From a virus (Duplodnaviria; Caudoviricetes), in the IMG/VR virus record IMGVR_UViG_2851870198_000001, positions 32,001 through 96,000 of that record: a stretch of DNA of 64,000 nt. One strand, written 5' to 3'. Below, piece after piece: positions 44,719 to 53,389 of the stretch; within the stretch, counting starts at the first letter, position 1, and every line of letters begins with the position of its first letter. Position numbers and translations under genes: made by a program. The notes below the pieces were generated by a model, which did no database searches, had not been told where the DNA came from, and saw only the letters and a list, made by a program, of their open reading frames with translations.

Positions 44719-44916
44719 ATGCATCTTCCCATGTCTTCCCAAGATTCGGACCCTCCGGGCCGCTGGCAGCGGCTCGCCGTGGCGGTGCGCCGCAAGGTTG
44801 AGCTGATCCGGCGTAAGGCCAGGGTGGTCCGGCGTCGGTTCCTGCTCGGGATGGTGTCCGGGGCGGGGTCGGCGTGTGTGAGCGTGGCCGTCGTGTGGTG
44901 GCAGAACCGACGTTGA
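44719..44916 (+). CDS. Small basic protein with C-terminal TM
   Basis: GGAGA RBS; Arg-rich stretch followed by a hydrophobic one. Confidence 0.5.
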   Translation: MHLPMSSQDSDPPGRWQRLAVAVRRKVELIRRKARVVRRRFLLGMVSGAGSACVSVAVVWWQNRR

Positions 44917-44963
44917 CCAGGTCGTGAGCCGTCGAGGGGGGCAAGAGCGCTCCCCTCGGCGGC

Positions 44964-45216
44964 TCACGTCGTGTGTGGGGCGCGGCGGTAGTGCCAGATC
45001 AGGCCGTCGGCGTGGTCGACGGGCGTACGGTCCCGGTCGTAGCGGACGACCCGGAAGGCGGGCCGGTCGGGGTCGACGTCGTCGTGGTGGGCGTGGAGCG
45101 CGCCGGGGAGCAGCTCGGCGACCTTGATGTCGGGGGGGCGGGTTGAAGGGGTCGCCGGGCACGGCGAGGCGGCGGCCGTCCGCGGGGCCGCCGACGAGTT
45201 CGATCTCGACGCTCAC
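44964..45216 (-). pseudogene. Small phage protein (GGPADG motif) frameshifted at a C7 tract
   Basis: GGAGG RBS. Span is 253 nt (3n+1), and removing one base at 45132-45138 restores an 83-aa protein-like ORF. Confidence 0.6.
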
Positions 45217-45358
45217 GGTGTTGTCCTCCGCGGGGGCTGGGGTACTCGGCCGGTGGCTGCTGGTGCGTCGGCTTGTGACGGTGGCCGGCGCACCAGAGCT
45301 TCCAGAAGCTGGTCGGCGCCCGCGGGAGGTGTCCAGGCTCCCGGGGCGCGTCACCGCA

Positions 45359-45387
45359 TAGACGTGGTGGGCGCAGGATTCGTTACA
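45359..45387 (-). promoter_or_regulatory. Class B promoter
   Basis: TGTAAC-N17-CGTCTA. Confidence 0.6.
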
Positions 45388-45392
45388 GCCGG

Positions 45393-47159
45393 TCAGGCGA
45401 TGATGCCGCGGCGGCGGGGGTTGGGCTCGTAGATGGCCAGAAGGATCGCCTCGGCGCGGTCGGGGGACTTCATGCCGCGGGCCTGCATCTGCTTCTTGGA
45501 CTCCACCACGGCGTATCCGCCGGCGTTGTTGCCGAGGTTGGGCGTGGTGAGCTGAATCGCGGCTTCGCGGTCGACGCGCAGACGCAGCCGGCCGGTGCCG
45601 GTTGCGGGGTCGGGCTGCAGGAGCTGGCGGGTGGCGAGCCACATCTCGTCCCGCTTGCGGTAGGGGCGCATGGGCGCGCCGGGGTCGTCGCGGTCGGGGG
45701 ACTCGGAGACCATCACGCCGAAGACTTCGGAGTGGTGGCGGCCGTTCTGTCCCCAGACTTCGAGCATGCCGACGGCGCCGTGGCCGAGGCCGTTCTTGTC
45801 GATCTTGACGTGGACCTTGGCGGTGGAGCCGAGGGCCTTGGCAAGGCGTTCGGCGGCCTTGACCTCTTCGAGGATCTTCTTGGCGACCTTGACCTGGTTG
45901 TCGTTGGCCATGCCGGAGGAGTGGTGCCGGTGCTCCACGACGTCGCCGACGATGCGGTAGATGGTGAACTCGTCGCCGCCGTCGGCTGCGACGTCCACGC
46001 CGAGGCGCACCCAGGCGCCGCGCTTGACGGTGTGGGTGGCCTTCTCGCCGTCGAGGCCGAGGTCGCACAGGCGGACCCAGCCGGGGCCGGTGGGGTCCTC
46101 GTTGTCCTTGGCGTCTTCCACCCAGGTGGTGGGGATGACCTTGCCGCCGCCGCCCTTGGGGAACTTGGCGTGCACCTTGGCGATGACGTACGGGTGGTCG
46201 TCGCCGTACTCGCGGATGGTGCGGTCCACCCAGTCCTGGGCGGGCAGGTGGATGGCGAGGGAGTGCCGGGCGACGGCCGACGGGCAGTCCAGGCAGTACG
46301 GGACCCGCTCGCCTGTGATCGCGGGGGAGTCGAGCGTGGCGATGGGGATGGTGACGGTGCCGGGCTCGTCGGGGTCGTCGCCCTCCTCGCACATGACCTC
46401 GAACCATGAGCGGGGGTCGTCGGTGGGCGGGTTGCCGATGGCGAGCATGCGCGCGTCGCCGGTGAGGAGGTTGTTCGTTCCGGCGCCGATGCTGCGGGCG
46501 ATACCGCCGGCCTCGTCCACGATGATGACGAGCTTGGGGTTTCCGTGGATGCCCTGCATCGAGGCCTCGTCGTGGGCCTGGGCGGTGAAGCCGTACGCCA
46601 CGCGGACATCGTTGTTCCACTGGTCGGGCATCTTCCACTGCACTTCGTCACAGAAGCCGGGCAGGCCCGCGCGGGAGATCGTCTTGCGGATGTGCGGCCA
46701 GAGCTGGTTACGGACCTGCCGGAAGCGGGTGGCGGTGGTGACGACGAGCATCGTGCCGACGGGGTTCGTCGCCCCGGCCCAGGCGCAGAGCCTTCCGGCG
46801 ATGTAGGTCTTCCCGACGCCGAACCCGGCGGGGACCATGACGCGGGTGTGCTTGGGGACGGCGTCCACGATCTCCCGCTGCTTCGACCAGATCGACTCCC
46901 CCAGCACGTCCTCGATGAACCCGGACGGGGTGTCGGCCCACAGGCCGTAGAGGCTGCCGGTCTCGCGTTCGACTTCGGCCAGGACGTGCGTGAGGTCGAC
47001 GGCGTCGAGGGTCTTGAGCGCGGCCCGGCGCACCGGGACGGGGGCGCGCAGCAGGGTGTCGGCGATGCTGGTGGCTTCCTTGGAGCGGACGCCGGAGCGG
47101 TTCTCGACCAGGGTGTTCGCGGCGGCCACAGCAGGGGTTTGAGGTCTGGGGGCGGCCAT
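45393..47159 (-). CDS. terL: Terminase large subunit
   Basis: WSKQ, AGFGVGKT, IIVDEA, IGNP; nuclease motifs LGVDVAADGGD and SPDRAEA. Confidence 0.9.
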   Translation of the reverse strand: MAAPRPQTPAVAAANTLVENRSGVRSKEATSIADTLLRAPVPVRRAALKTLDAVDLTHVLAEVERETGSLYGLWADTPSGFIEDVLGESIWSKQREIVDAVPKHTRVMVPAGFGVGKTYIAGRLCAWAGATNPVGTMLVVTTATRFRQVRNQLWPHIRKTISRAGLPGFCDEVQWKMPDQWNNDVRVAYGFTAQAHDEASMQGIHGNPKLVIIVDEAGGIARSIGAGTNNLLTGDARMLAIGNPPTDDPRSWFEVMCEEGDDPDEPGTVTIPIATLDSPAITGERVPYCLDCPSAVARHSLAIHLPAQDWVDRTIREYGDDHPYVIAKVHAKFPKGGGGKVIPTTWVEDAKDNEDPTGPGWVRLCDLGLDGEKATHTVKRGAWVRLGVDVAADGGDEFTIYRIVGDVVEHRHHSSGMANDNQVKVAKKILEEVKAAERLAKALGSTAKVHVKIDKNGLGHGAVGMLEVWGQNGRHHSEVFGVMVSESPDRDDPGAPMRPYRKRDEMWLATRQLLQPDPATGTGRLRLRVDREAAIQLTTPNLGNNAGGYAVVESKKQMQARGMKSPDRAEAILLAIYEPNPRRRGIIA

Positions 47160-47196
47160 GGCGCGCACTGTGCATGGCGGCTGCCGCTACCGTCCC
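47160..47196 (-). promoter_or_regulatory. Class A promoter of terL
   Basis: GGGAC-N19-CACAGT-gcgcgcc-ATG. Confidence 0.65.
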
Positions 47197-47360
47197 GGGG
47201 AATGTGAAGGGGCTCCCGGGCCTGTCACCTGGTGTCCGCGGCCCCGGGGGGGGAGTAGGGCGTTGGACTTGCGGTGACGGGCCCGGGAGCCCGAGGGGGT
47301 GGCTGACCCCCCGGGGGGGGTAGGGGGTCAGCCGGGTGAGCGACCTGTCCTTCACACCCG

Positions 47361-47389
47361 TAGACGGAGTGAGGCGCCGAAACGTTACG
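47361..47389 (-). promoter_or_regulatory. Class B promoter upstream of terL
   Basis: CGTAAC-N17-CGTCTA. Confidence 0.55.
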
Positions 47390-47420
47390 GGTGCCTGGGG
47401 GAAGTTTTTCCTCCGGCTCG

Positions 47421-48452
47421 TCAGGCGGTCGCGTTGAGGGCGCGGTTGACGGCGGCGACGTCGCGGCCGATTGCCTCGGCGAGGCGGGTCTGTGTCCAGC
47501 CGTACGGCTCGGCGTGCAGGGTGCGCATGGCGGCGGTGCGCAGCGCGATGGCCGTCTGCCGGCGGGCGGCGGCGGCTTCGTAGGCGGCGGCGATCTGCGG
47601 GAGCTGCTCGGCGGCCTCGGGGTTGTAGTCGATCCCGGCGGCGCGGGCGGCGGCCGGCTGTTCGTCGCGAGGTGGGAGGGCTGCGCCGCGGGGCACGCCG
47701 AGGGTGCGTTCGAGGACGCGCTTCATGCCCTGCCGGGACAGGCCTGCGGCGTGGTAGACGGCGCGGGCGGTGGTGTAGCAGGCGAGGGCGGTGAGGGCCT
47801 GGTCGCGTTCGGGCAGGAGGAGGTTCACCTCGTCCTCGGCCTGCTCGACGGCGTCCACGGCACGGGCGAGGAGCTCCTCGGGCGGCAGGTTCAGGTCGGC
47901 GAACTCGTTGCGGAGTTCGGCGGCGGCCTGGTCGCGGACGGCGGTGAAGTCGGGGGGCGTCGGGGTGGTGGCGCGGACGCGGCCGCCTGCGGTGCGGACG
48001 GCTTCGTGTGCGGCTTCGAGGTGGGGGAGGGCGGCGTCGCGGCGGGCCTTGGCGGTCTCGTAGCGGCGGGCGACCTGCACGGCCTGGTCGTGGATGTCCG
48101 GCTGGGCGTGGGCGGGGTTGTGGGCGCGGGCCTGCTGCAGGCCGGCGGTGCCGGTCCAGCGGCGTCCCTCGGGCAGGTGGGCGCCGTTGTGCTGGGCGGC
48201 GACGCGCTGGGCGTAGAAGTAGGCCATGCTGCAGGCGTCGGCGAGTTCCTTGCTGACGCGGCCGTCGGCGAGGGCGGCCGCGGCGAGGAGCTGGTCCCGC
48301 TCGGGCTTGAGCAGGGCCAGCTCGGCGTTCGCCTGGTCGCGGATCTCGGCGGCGCGGGCGCGGCGCTCGAAGGGGTCCGTGACCTTGGCGAGTTCGCGGT
48401 CGACGTCGGTGGCGGCGGTGGTGCGGAGCCGGTCGTAGTCGGTGGTCAGCAT
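47421..48452 (-). CDS. Helical protein with internal duplication and C-terminal HTH
   Basis: Two LL.PERDQ...YE.A.ARR units; WTQTRLAEAIGRDVAAVNRAL. Confidence 0.75.
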   Translation of the reverse strand: MLTTDYDRLRTTAATDVDRELAKVTDPFERRARAAEIRDQANAELALLKPERDQLLAAAALADGRVSKELADACSMAYFYAQRVAAQHNGAHLPEGRRWTGTAGLQQARAHNPAHAQPDIHDQAVQVARRYETAKARRDAALPHLEAAHEAVRTAGGRVRATTPTPPDFTAVRDQAAAELRNEFADLNLPPEELLARAVDAVEQAEDEVNLLLPERDQALTALACYTTARAVYHAAGLSRQGMKRVLERTLGVPRGAALPPRDEQPAAARAAGIDYNPEAAEQLPQIAAAYEAAAARRQTAIALRTAAMRTLHAEPYGWTQTRLAEAIGRDVAAVNRALNATA

Positions 48453-48517
48453 GGTGGTGTCCCGTTCCCGGGTGCGCACCCGTGCGGGCGCTGGTGGCAG
48501 GGGCCTCCCCTAGCCGT

Positions 48518-48551
48518 GCTTCCTTGACCGAGAATCGTACACCACATCAAA
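48518..48551 (-). promoter_or_regulatory. Class C promoter/operator, copy 1
   Basis: TTTGATGTGGTGTACGATTCT; 26/34 identical to 63755-63788. Confidence 0.65.
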
Positions 48552-48667
48552 CGCGTGTGTGGTGGGGCGTGCCCGGTCCCGGGCGGCCAGCACCGCGAGG
48601 ACGTCGTGCGCGGGCAGCCGGTCGACGTCCAGGCGCACCCGGGGCGGGATCGTCGGGGTGAGGGCGG

Positions 48668-49081
48668 TCACCGGCGCCTCCGGTGCCGGGCCTTTTCCAG
48701 CCGGTACAGGCACAGGGTGCGCGAGGCGAGGGTGACCAGCATGCCGATACGGACGTCCCCCGGCCGGCGGCTGCCCGGGCGGGGCGGGCCGCCGTACACG
48801 AATCCGGCGCTGACCGGCACGGCGCGGCGGGTACGCCACCCTCCGACCGACCAGCGGCCCCAGTCGCGGAACCACGTGCGGGTGGTGCCCGGGGCGTTGC
48901 CGAACTGGCCGAGGGCGAGCGTGCCGCCGAGGACAGTCAGCATGACGCCCAGAGTGCGCGGCGCGCCGCCGGAGTATGTGCGGATGCGGGAGGCGGCGAA
49001 GCGGCCGCTGCTGGAGCTCCAGGCGGCGAGGTACCAGCGGACGGTGAGCGGCCAGGCGTGCACCACCTTGGGGCCGTTCAT
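48668..49081 (-). CDS. Hypothetical basic protein
   Basis: ATGA coupling to HNH gene. Confidence 0.5.
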   Translation of the reverse strand: MNGPKVVHAWPLTVRWYLAAWSSSSGRFAASRIRTYSGGAPRTLGVMLTVLGGTLALGQFGNAPGTTRTWFRDWGRWSVGGWRTRRAVPVSAGFVYGGPPRPGSRRPGDVRIGMLVTLASRTLCLYRLEKARHRRRR

Positions 49082-49443
49082 CGGGTCACCGCCTTGGGAG
49101 TGCGGATCATGGAGCGGGTGCCGTCGGGGTGGAGGGCGTACTGGCGGCCGCCGGGGTAGGTGACGGCCATCTCACCGGGGAGCATGGGCCGGCGGACCTT
49201 CCAGCCGTGGCTGTAGGACTCGCGGGGGTGGTCCTCGAACCAGCCGTTGCAGACGGTGCACACCAGGAGCAGGTTCTGCGGCTGGTTGATCCACGCCTCG
49301 CGGGCGCCTCCCATACCGCGGTTGACGCGGTGGTGGATGGTCAGGTTCGCGGGGGAGTCGCAGCGTACGCAGCGGCCCCCGTCGCGGGTGTGCACGACCT
49401 GGCGCACGGTGTCGGTGGGGCCCGTACGGCGTCGGGTGGCCAC
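49078..49443 (-). CDS. HNH endonuclease
   Basis: RDGGRCVRC...HHR...NLLLVCTVCN. Confidence 0.85.
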   Translation of the reverse strand: MATRRRTGPTDTVRQVVHTRDGGRCVRCDSPANLTIHHRVNRGMGGAREAWINQPQNLLLVCTVCNGWFEDHPRESYSHGWKVRRPMLPGEMAVTYPGGRQYALHPDGTRSMIRTPKAVTR

Positions 49444-49519
49444 AGCCGTTTCTCCGTCCCGCCCCAGCCTGCTGGGCCGCCAGGAGCGCGGCCGCGGGGA
49501 AGCGGCGGGGCAGGAGCGG

Positions 49520-49549
49520 AACATGCACGCCAGGGGTGGTTACCGTCCC
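49520..49549 (-). promoter_or_regulatory. Class A promoter of HNH operon
   Basis: GGGAC-N19-CATGTT; spacer very similar to the giant-gene promoter. Confidence 0.65.
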
Positions 49550-50028
49550 GCGGTCTGCTTCCGCACGGCGTAGAACAGGGTGGTGATGGTGTGCTGGCTG
49601 CGGTGCACGTCGCCGTCATCGAGGGCTTCAAGCGCGGCGGCCGCCGCTTCCCGGATGGGGTGGGGGAGCGCTTCGTCGGAGGCGACCTTGTAGGCGTGTG
49701 CGCGGCGCACGGCCCGCTCCTCGGGGGTGACGCCGTCCGGGCTGGCGGGGAACACCGCGGCCTCGTACTGAGAGATGGTCGCCAGCAGGCTGTCTGACCG
49801 TCCCTCGATGTATGCGGACCGCGCGGCCGCGCCCTGGGCGGTCTCGGCGGCGGCCAGGGCGCGGCCGCGGGCGAGGAACCCGCCGATGAGCGCGCCGCCT
49901 CCGGTGATCGCGGCGACGGCCAGGGCGATGCCAGGGCCTCCGGCGGCCGCACCGACGCCGGCGCCCAGGGTCGCCACGGCGGCCGCGACGGCGGTGGTTC
50001 CGTACAGGTGGGCGCGCTCAGGAGTCAT
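49540..50028 (-). CDS. Membrane protein (2 N-terminal TM)
   Basis: Hydrophobic N-terminus, GC3 bias. Confidence 0.65.
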   Translation of the reverse strand: MTPERAHLYGTTAVAAAVATLGAGVGAAAGGPGIALAVAAITGGGALIGGFLARGRALAAAETAQGAAARSAYIEGRSDSLLATISQYEAAVFPASPDGVTPEERAVRRAHAYKVASDEALPHPIREAAAAALEALDDGDVHRSQHTITTLFYAVRKQTAGR

Positions 50029-50040
50029 ACAGTCAGTGTG

Positions 50041-50544
50041 TCAGCCCTCCCCCAGCCCCGGCCCCGGTTTCTGCTGCTGGCGGGTGCGGGCGGTGTTGAG
50101 GGCGTCGAGGAGCTCCACGGCGTACGAAACGGGAACGGACTCGATGAGCAGTTTCCCGAGACCGTCCTCGCCGATGGTGAGGGACCATTCGGCGCCGGTG
50201 GCTTCGTCGTCGTAGTGGAAGGTCCCGGGGTCCTCTTCGGCGAGGGGAAGTTCGGCCTCCTCGAACCAGCCGACCCCGAACACCGCGTCACTGGCCTCGC
50301 CGAGGAGCGTGTTGGGAATGTCGGAGAGCTCGACCGTGGCGCGGGTGTCGGTGTCGATGCACACCCGGCCGGCTCCCAGATCGCCCGGCTTGTCGATCGC
50401 CAGCATCACCGGGCAGCAGTAGGTGGGCGTGCGGGTGTGGTCGAGGCCGGGCAGGGCCAGGCGCAGCGCGTTGACGGCGGAGTCCTTGAGGTGCTCGTTG
50501 GCGTCCCGCCACTCTTCGAGGGCTTCCATCACGGTGGGGTTCAT
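50041..50544 (-). CDS. Acidic hypothetical protein
   Basis: GC3 bias from ATG 50544. Confidence 0.7.
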   Translation of the reverse strand: MNPTVMEALEEWRDANEHLKDSAVNALRLALPGLDHTRTPTYCCPVMLAIDKPGDLGAGRVCIDTDTRATVELSDIPNTLLGEASDAVFGVGWFEEAELPLAEEDPGTFHYDDEATGAEWSLTIGEDGLGKLLIESVPVSYAVELLDALNTARTRQQQKPGPGLGEG

Positions 50545-50697
50545 GGCCCCGGATGGAAGGCGCCGATCCGGTTTGCGTCTCGGGGTGAGCCCGCCTTGGC
50601 GGGCGAAAATCCTCGAGACGGCCCGGCGGCCGGACAGCCTCCCCCAACCCCCACAGTTCGGGTTGTTACTTCGGTTGGTTGAGTTCTTCTTGTTTAC

Positions 50698-50819
50698 ATG
50701 CGCCACAGCGCATGAGGCCACATGCGCTGTGGCGCATCAGGCCTGATACGCCACAGCGCATCAGGATTTCACCACGTGCGCTGCAGCGCATGAGGAAACC
50801 CTGATGCGCCAGAGCGCAC
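50698..50819. repeat. Array of five 16-bp palindromes ATGCGC-N4-GCGCAT
   Basis: Copies start at 50698, 50722, 50746, 50776, 50804. Confidence 0.9.
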
Positions 50820-50838
50820 GTGGATTAAAAACCGCAGG

Positions 50839-51621
50839 TCACAGGGTCTTCGCGGTCCGGTGCAGACGGGAGCGCAGCCAGGAGCGGATCCGGCCCCGCC
50901 GACGGCTCAGGTCGATCACCGGCTCCCCCTCGGCCGCAGTCTGCTCCGGCGCTTTGAAGTGGTAGGCAGTCGACTTCTCCGGCAGCAGCATCGGCCGCCG
51001 GTCCGCGTTCACCGCGTACGCCTCCAGCAGCTCACTCGGCACGCACGTACAGCCCACGCCCTTGAGCTCCAGCCCCACCGGCACGGACTCCCCGGAGCCC
51101 TCCACCGCGGCGACCCGCCGGTGCAGGTCCACACACAGCCGCTCGTACTCGGAGCTCGCCCCGTCGATGCGGGAACGAGCACCGCGCGCAAGCCACCGCT
51201 GCAGCGTCCTCAGCGTCACCCCGGCGGCCGCGGCCGCTACCGCCCGCCCGTCCCCCGCCTCTACGCTGCGCACCACCACATCGACCAGGTCCGCGTTCAG
51301 CAGCGGCGGCCGCCCCGTCGGCTTCACCTCACGCACGCTCACCTTGGCCGCACGGCAGGCCTGCTCGGCGTCCTCCACGCACTTCACCAGCCGCAGACAC
51401 AGCCCCTCGTGCCCCATCAGCGCACTGCCGTCGACACCGGCGTCCCGCAGCCGGCGGCCGTCGGCGAGCCACCGCATCAGCGAGGCATAGCCGACCTTCA
51501 CCGCGGCGGCGATCTCCCGCCGGTTCATGCCCTGCTCGGCGGCGGCCGCGATGTCCTTGATCAGATCGGCGGTGAGCAGCGTGGGGCGGCCGCGGCGCGG
51601 CAGGGGCTTCGAGTTCGTCAT
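50839..51621 (-). CDS. Tandem HTH protein (small-terminase-like DNA binder)
   Basis: Two GRP.LL.ADL...AA.V...L.RWL..G repeats. Confidence 0.65.
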   Translation of the reverse strand: MTNSKPLPRRGRPTLLTADLIKDIAAAAEQGMNRREIAAAVKVGYASLMRWLADGRRLRDAGVDGSALMGHEGLCLRLVKCVEDAEQACRAAKVSVREVKPTGRPPLLNADLVDVVVRSVEAGDGRAVAAAAAGVTLRTLQRWLARGARSRIDGASSEYERLCVDLHRRVAAVEGSGESVPVGLELKGVGCTCVPSELLEAYAVNADRRPMLLPEKSTAYHFKAPEQTAAEGEPVIDLSRRRGRIRSWLRSRLHRTAKTL

Positions 51622-51658
51622 GGCCGCGGACCGTAGGTAGTTGGGCGGCTTGTGTCGC
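51622..51658 (-). promoter_or_regulatory. Class A promoter
   Basis: GCGAC-N18-TACGGT-N8-ATG. Confidence 0.6.
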
Positions 51659-51659
51659 G

Positions 51660-52619
51660 TCATGCGGCGAGCTCCGCATCGATCGCCATCTGCTCCCAGC
51701 CGGCCCCCGTCGGGCTCGGTGAGCTCGGCACGCGTGGGCCGGACGCGCCCGGGGTGGGCGGCTGGGTGATGCGCCGGTACCAGGCCAGCGCGCCGTCGAG
51801 GCAGTAGCCACACGTCTGTGCCTTGTGGGTGCATGACTCCAGCCGGATCTTCCGCTTGCGGTACCCGTACGACCAGGCCTGAGAGTCCGCGGACGCCAGC
51901 CGCTCCCCGTACATGGCCAGCCCGTCGGTCTTCACACCGAAGCCGTGCAGGCGCAGCCCCAGCGCGGACAGCGTTCCGATGATCTCGGCTATCTCGCTGG
52001 TGTCCTCCCGGCGGCACACCGACCCCACCCCCACCACGGGGACCGTGTCCAGGTCGACCCCGGCTTCCTCGTACAGGCGCACGCAGTGCAGGTAGTCCTC
52101 AAGGGCCCAGCCCTGCAGTACGGGGATCCACGGCACATCGGGGGCCAGGGCGCGCAGTTCGAGGAAGTTGGCGACCGTGAGGCGCTGGTGGATGCGCACC
52201 GCGGTCGTCAGGTCGTGCTCGTCGTCGCCGTCGGCCAGGCCGCGGAGCTCGCGCGTGCCGTGGAAGTAGCGTTCGTGGCGGGCGCCGAGGTGCCGGTTTT
52301 TCCCGTAGATCACCCACGGCTCGCACATGCAGTCCTGCGGTGCGGCCCACAGCATCCGCTCCGGCCCCAACTGGGCGCGGTAGCGGCGCACCTCGGCCGC
52401 GTACTCGGCCGGGCTCACCCTCCACCGGCCGAACTTCTTGAGCTCGGTGAACCCGCCGGAGTCGAGGGCGAAGTCGTGCAGGGCGCGCGGCATCACCCGG
52501 TTCGGGGAGCGGCGGGCCAGGCGGGCGCGGGAGACGAACAGGGCGACGCCGTCCAGGCCGGGATGCGGTTTCCACAGCCAGGACGGTTCAGGGATGCCGA
52601 GGAAGAACCGGGCCTTCAT
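51660..52619 (-). CDS. DpdA/TGT-like deazaguanine DNA transglycosylase
   Basis: FALDSGGF, APQDCMCEP, IPVLQG, VGVGSVC, LHGFGVK, SADSQAW, C-terminal Cys cluster. Confidence 0.82.
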   Translation of the reverse strand: MKARFFLGIPEPSWLWKPHPGLDGVALFVSRARLARRSPNRVMPRALHDFALDSGGFTELKKFGRWRVSPAEYAAEVRRYRAQLGPERMLWAAPQDCMCEPWVIYGKNRHLGARHERYFHGTRELRGLADGDDEHDLTTAVRIHQRLTVANFLELRALAPDVPWIPVLQGWALEDYLHCVRLYEEAGVDLDTVPVVGVGSVCRREDTSEIAEIIGTLSALGLRLHGFGVKTDGLAMYGERLASADSQAWSYGYRKRKIRLESCTHKAQTCGYCLDGALAWYRRITQPPTPGASGPRVPSSPSPTGAGWEQMAIDAELAA

Positions 52620-53257
52620 GCCGGGCGGCGCCGCATCCCTATCAGGTGCAGCACCACCACGGCGGCGGCCGTCATCTCCGCCTTCGCGAGGATCTGCCCG
52701 GGCAGGAAGTGCAGGGAGCCGAACGCCAGCGACAGGAACAGCAGCGAGTCCACGACCAGGCCGACCGCGTTGGACGCGGCCACCGCGGCGACCAGCCGGC
52801 CCCGGGCCGGGCGCTGCGACTCCCACGCCAGAGTGCGGCGCGCGCGGCGGGAGAACCGGGCCCGGGCGAGGAGCAGCGCCTTGCGCAGCCCATGCTTGCG
52901 GACCGGGGTGTAGACGGCCATGTCCACCAGCTCGGCCACCCCGAACGCCACTGCGGACGCCAGCGCAAGGCCCGGGTCGGCCCCCAGGTACGACAGGAGC
53001 GTGCCGGTCGCGATGGCGACCAGGACCGCGGACCGGCCCGCCACTTCGTGGACCAGGTCCCGCAGCACCAGCGCGAGACCCGCGGTGAACACGGCGGCCG
53101 GGGCGGTCAGCCCGAACCCGACACCCACGGCCCCGACATGGGTGATCAGCAGGTTCGCGGCCGGGATGGTCGCGATGTACAGGACGTAGGCGGCCGCAGC
53201 AGCGGAGACCGTCAGGGCCCGCGAGAGGCCAGCAGACGGCCCGGTGATCTTCAACAT
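52616..53257 (-). CDS. VUT family (YhhQ-like) queuosine-precursor transporter
   Basis: LVLRDLVHE, AELVDMAVYTP, VDSLLFLSLAFG, GQILAK. Confidence 0.88.
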   Translation of the reverse strand: MLKITGPSAGLSRALTVSAAAAAYVLYIATIPAANLLITHVGAVGVGFGLTAPAAVFTAGLALVLRDLVHEVAGRSAVLVAIATGTLLSYLGADPGLALASAVAFGVAELVDMAVYTPVRKHGLRKALLLARARFSRRARRTLAWESQRPARGRLVAAVAASNAVGLVVDSLLFLSLAFGSLHFLPGQILAKAEMTAAAVVVLHLIGMRRRPA

Positions 53258-53335
53258 GCGGCGGACCGTAGGAACCGGCCCGCCCTACCGTCCCCGGCTC
53301 ACCACGCGACGCAAACCGGCCGCCCCCTGCACGGT
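53258..53335. promoter_or_regulatory. Divergent pair of class A promoters
   Basis: Minus: GGGAC-N19-TACGGT-ccgccgc-ATG. Plus: GCGAC(53306)-N19-CACGGT. Confidence 0.65.
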
Positions 53336-53389
53336 GCGCGGCACCCGGGGCGCAGCAGAGCGCCCCCACCGGCCCGGAGGCCACCCCCG

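Noticed and set aside
44518-46638. 706-aa minus ORF
   Set aside because: Off-frame R/P-rich overlap of terL; only the 45216 segment looks coding
50698-50819. Possible mini-CRISPR
   Set aside because: Gaps are only 8-14 bp, repeats are 16-bp palindromes, and there are no cas genes
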